Shown here: in pieces, positions 34,117 through 35,210 of the stretch
Numbering within the stretch: position 1 is the first letter of the stretch
Layout: the number at the start of each line of letters is the position of its first letter
DNA from: a virus
Taxonomy: Duplodnaviria; Caudoviricetes
Length of the DNA: 35,210 nt
Direction: 5' to 3' (one strand)
IMG/VR virus record: IMGVR_UViG_3300037706_000003
Span: 1 to 35,210 of that record
Program-made: the position numbers and the translations under genes
Notes under the pieces: generated by a model
What the model was told of the DNA's origin: nothing
Seen by the model: the letters and a program-made list of their open reading frames with translations, nothing else
The model's database searches: none

Positions 34117-34530
34117 TCACTGACGCGCGGGACCGCGGACGGCGCGGACGCGGAGGTCGTCGCCGCGGCGGTCGATGTAGGAATTGCCGACGTTGCCGTC
34201 GACAAACCAGGCGAGGTCGCTGTCGCCGGCGTAGGGCGTGGCCGTCCAGAACCATTCACTCGGCGTGTTCGGGAAAGCCTCGGTATCGATGGCCGGATTG
34301 CTCTTGGTGTAGTCCATGATGGACAGCAGTTCGGCGATGGTCGGCAGCCGCCAGTCGTCATGGCCGCCGAGGCGGAGTTCGCGGCACGCCTTCTCGGCAT
34401 CCGCCCACGTCATGCGCTCGTCGAAGCACACAGCCTGCCATTCGAGGCCAGTGCTGTTGTCGCGCACGATTTCGTGCTTCGGCGGCGGGGTGGGGATGAT
34501 CTTTTCGAAACGGGGCTGGCAAACGTTCAT
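34117..34530 (-). CDS. DUF1566 (Lcl/CLec-fold) protein 2, DGR-target-like
   Basis: GAAGGA RBS; VRDNSTGLEWQ, MTWADAEKAC, GGHDDWRLPTIAEL, WFWTAT, AWFVD..RVRAVR. Confidence 0.92.
   Translation of the reverse strand: MNVCQPRFEKIIPTPPPKHEIVRDNSTGLEWQAVCFDERMTWADAEKACRELRLGGHDDWRLPTIAELLSIMDYTKSNPAIDTEAFPNTPSEWFWTATPYAGDSDLAWFVDGNVGNSYIDRRGDDLRVRAVRGPARQ
34120..34221 (-). repeat. DGR variable-repeat-like region VR2
   Basis: Aligns with 31416-31517; the last 11 codons are identical. Confidence 0.8.
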
Positions 34531-34555
34531 CGTGTTGTTCCTTCGTGGTGTAGGT

Positions 34556-34619
34556 GACAGCCCGCCGGCACTTCGGGGGAGGGTGGTCAGCGAGGGGGGT
34601 CGCCGGCCGGCGGGCTGTC
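34556..34619 (-). promoter_or_regulatory. Leader stem-loop upstream of DUF1566 gene 2
   Basis: Perfect 14-bp inverted repeat GACAGCCCGCCGGC/GCCGGCGGGCTGTC enclosing a C-rich loop on the transcribed strand. Confidence 0.6.
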
Positions 34620-34627
34620 GTAGACGG

Positions 34628-34792
34628 TTAGTAGCGGATGACGCCGGACATAGCCTTGCGGCGTTGGTACTCGGCCAGGCGCAAAGGATTCGGGGTCTGT
34701 CGCGTGTCTTTGGTGACGGGGCGCAGACCGTGGCGGGCGTAATAGCGGCCATAGGCGCGGTCGCGCGCAACCGGGTCTCGGAACTGAGCCAT
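34628..34792 (-). CDS. Small basic hypothetical protein (54 aa)
   Basis: GGAGG RBS; TAATG overlap with the upstream gene. Confidence 0.6.
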   Translation of the reverse strand: MAQFRDPVARDRAYGRYYARHGLRPVTKDTRQTPNPLRLAEYQRRKAMSGVIRY

Positions 34793-35031
34793 TATGCAAC
34801 CTCCGGTCCAGAGCCTGCGGGAATGTGCTGAATGTCGCCGCGAAGGCACTGGTAACCAAATTGAATGGCCAATGCCGCAGACGATCCCGAGCGCAGGCAG
34901 TCGAAGGCCACGCCCAATGCAAGCCGGAGTCGGTCCGTACTTGCGCCCGTGGACTTGCGGCGCTCCTGCAGTGCGCGACGGACTGCAACGAATCGCTCAG
35001 GGTTGGTCGGGAATTGGGTGATGGTGTGCAT
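34792..35031 (-). CDS. Hypothetical protein (79 aa, MHTITQFP...)
   Basis: AGGAG RBS; in the circular map it follows ORF 45..335. Confidence 0.65.
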   Translation of the reverse strand: MHTITQFPTNPERFVAVRRALQERRKSTGASTDRLRLALGVAFDCLRSGSSAALAIQFGYQCLRGDIQHIPAGSGPEVA

Positions 35032-35210
35032 GTCGTCACTCCTCATCAGTGGTGATCGGTTCGGGGCGATGGCGATCACGGTGCCACCTCAGCGAGCCGC
35101 TTCATGTCCGCAAGCGCGGATTCGTTGCTCGCGTAGAAGTCCGGAATCCGCTCTAGGTTAGGATCGCTGGCTATGTAAATCAAGGCGGCTGCCGCAGGCG
35201 TTCCGAGCGC
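35032..35210. repeat. Terminal overlap, right copy
   Basis: Matches 1-179 with one mismatch. Confidence 0.97.

Overview
Apparently complete ~35.0 kb circular (or circularly permuted) genome of a P22-like podophage. Bases 1-179 recur at 35032-35210 with one mismatch, giving a unit length of 35,031 bp. The + strand carries small early genes, an HNH gene, O/P-like replication genes, a nin-like region, a Q-like antiterminator with a pR'-like promoter, a tRNA cluster, a lysis cassette and P22-type head, tail and ejection genes. The - strand carries a leftward early operon with ERF, YqaJ exonuclease, SSB and two DUF1566/CLec-fold genes. I could not recognise an integrase, CI/Cro repressor or reverse transcriptase. 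The strongest observation is that the two DUF1566 genes end in 102-nt regions with the signature of diversity-generating retroelement (DGR) variable repeats (22 differences, all at codon positions 1/2), yet I found no template repeat or RT in the genome, so they look like orphan or trans-diversified DGR targets. Other notable features: a C4/CI-like RNA switch upstream of the replication genes, a gp10 tail-hub gene split around an Ig plus beta-propeller insert, a rusA-like gene hollowed out and replaced by a NUMOD3/PD-(D/E)XK nuclease, and a tRNA-like RNA lacking a normal anticodon arm. All family calls are by-eye motif recognition plus synteny; no database searches were run.
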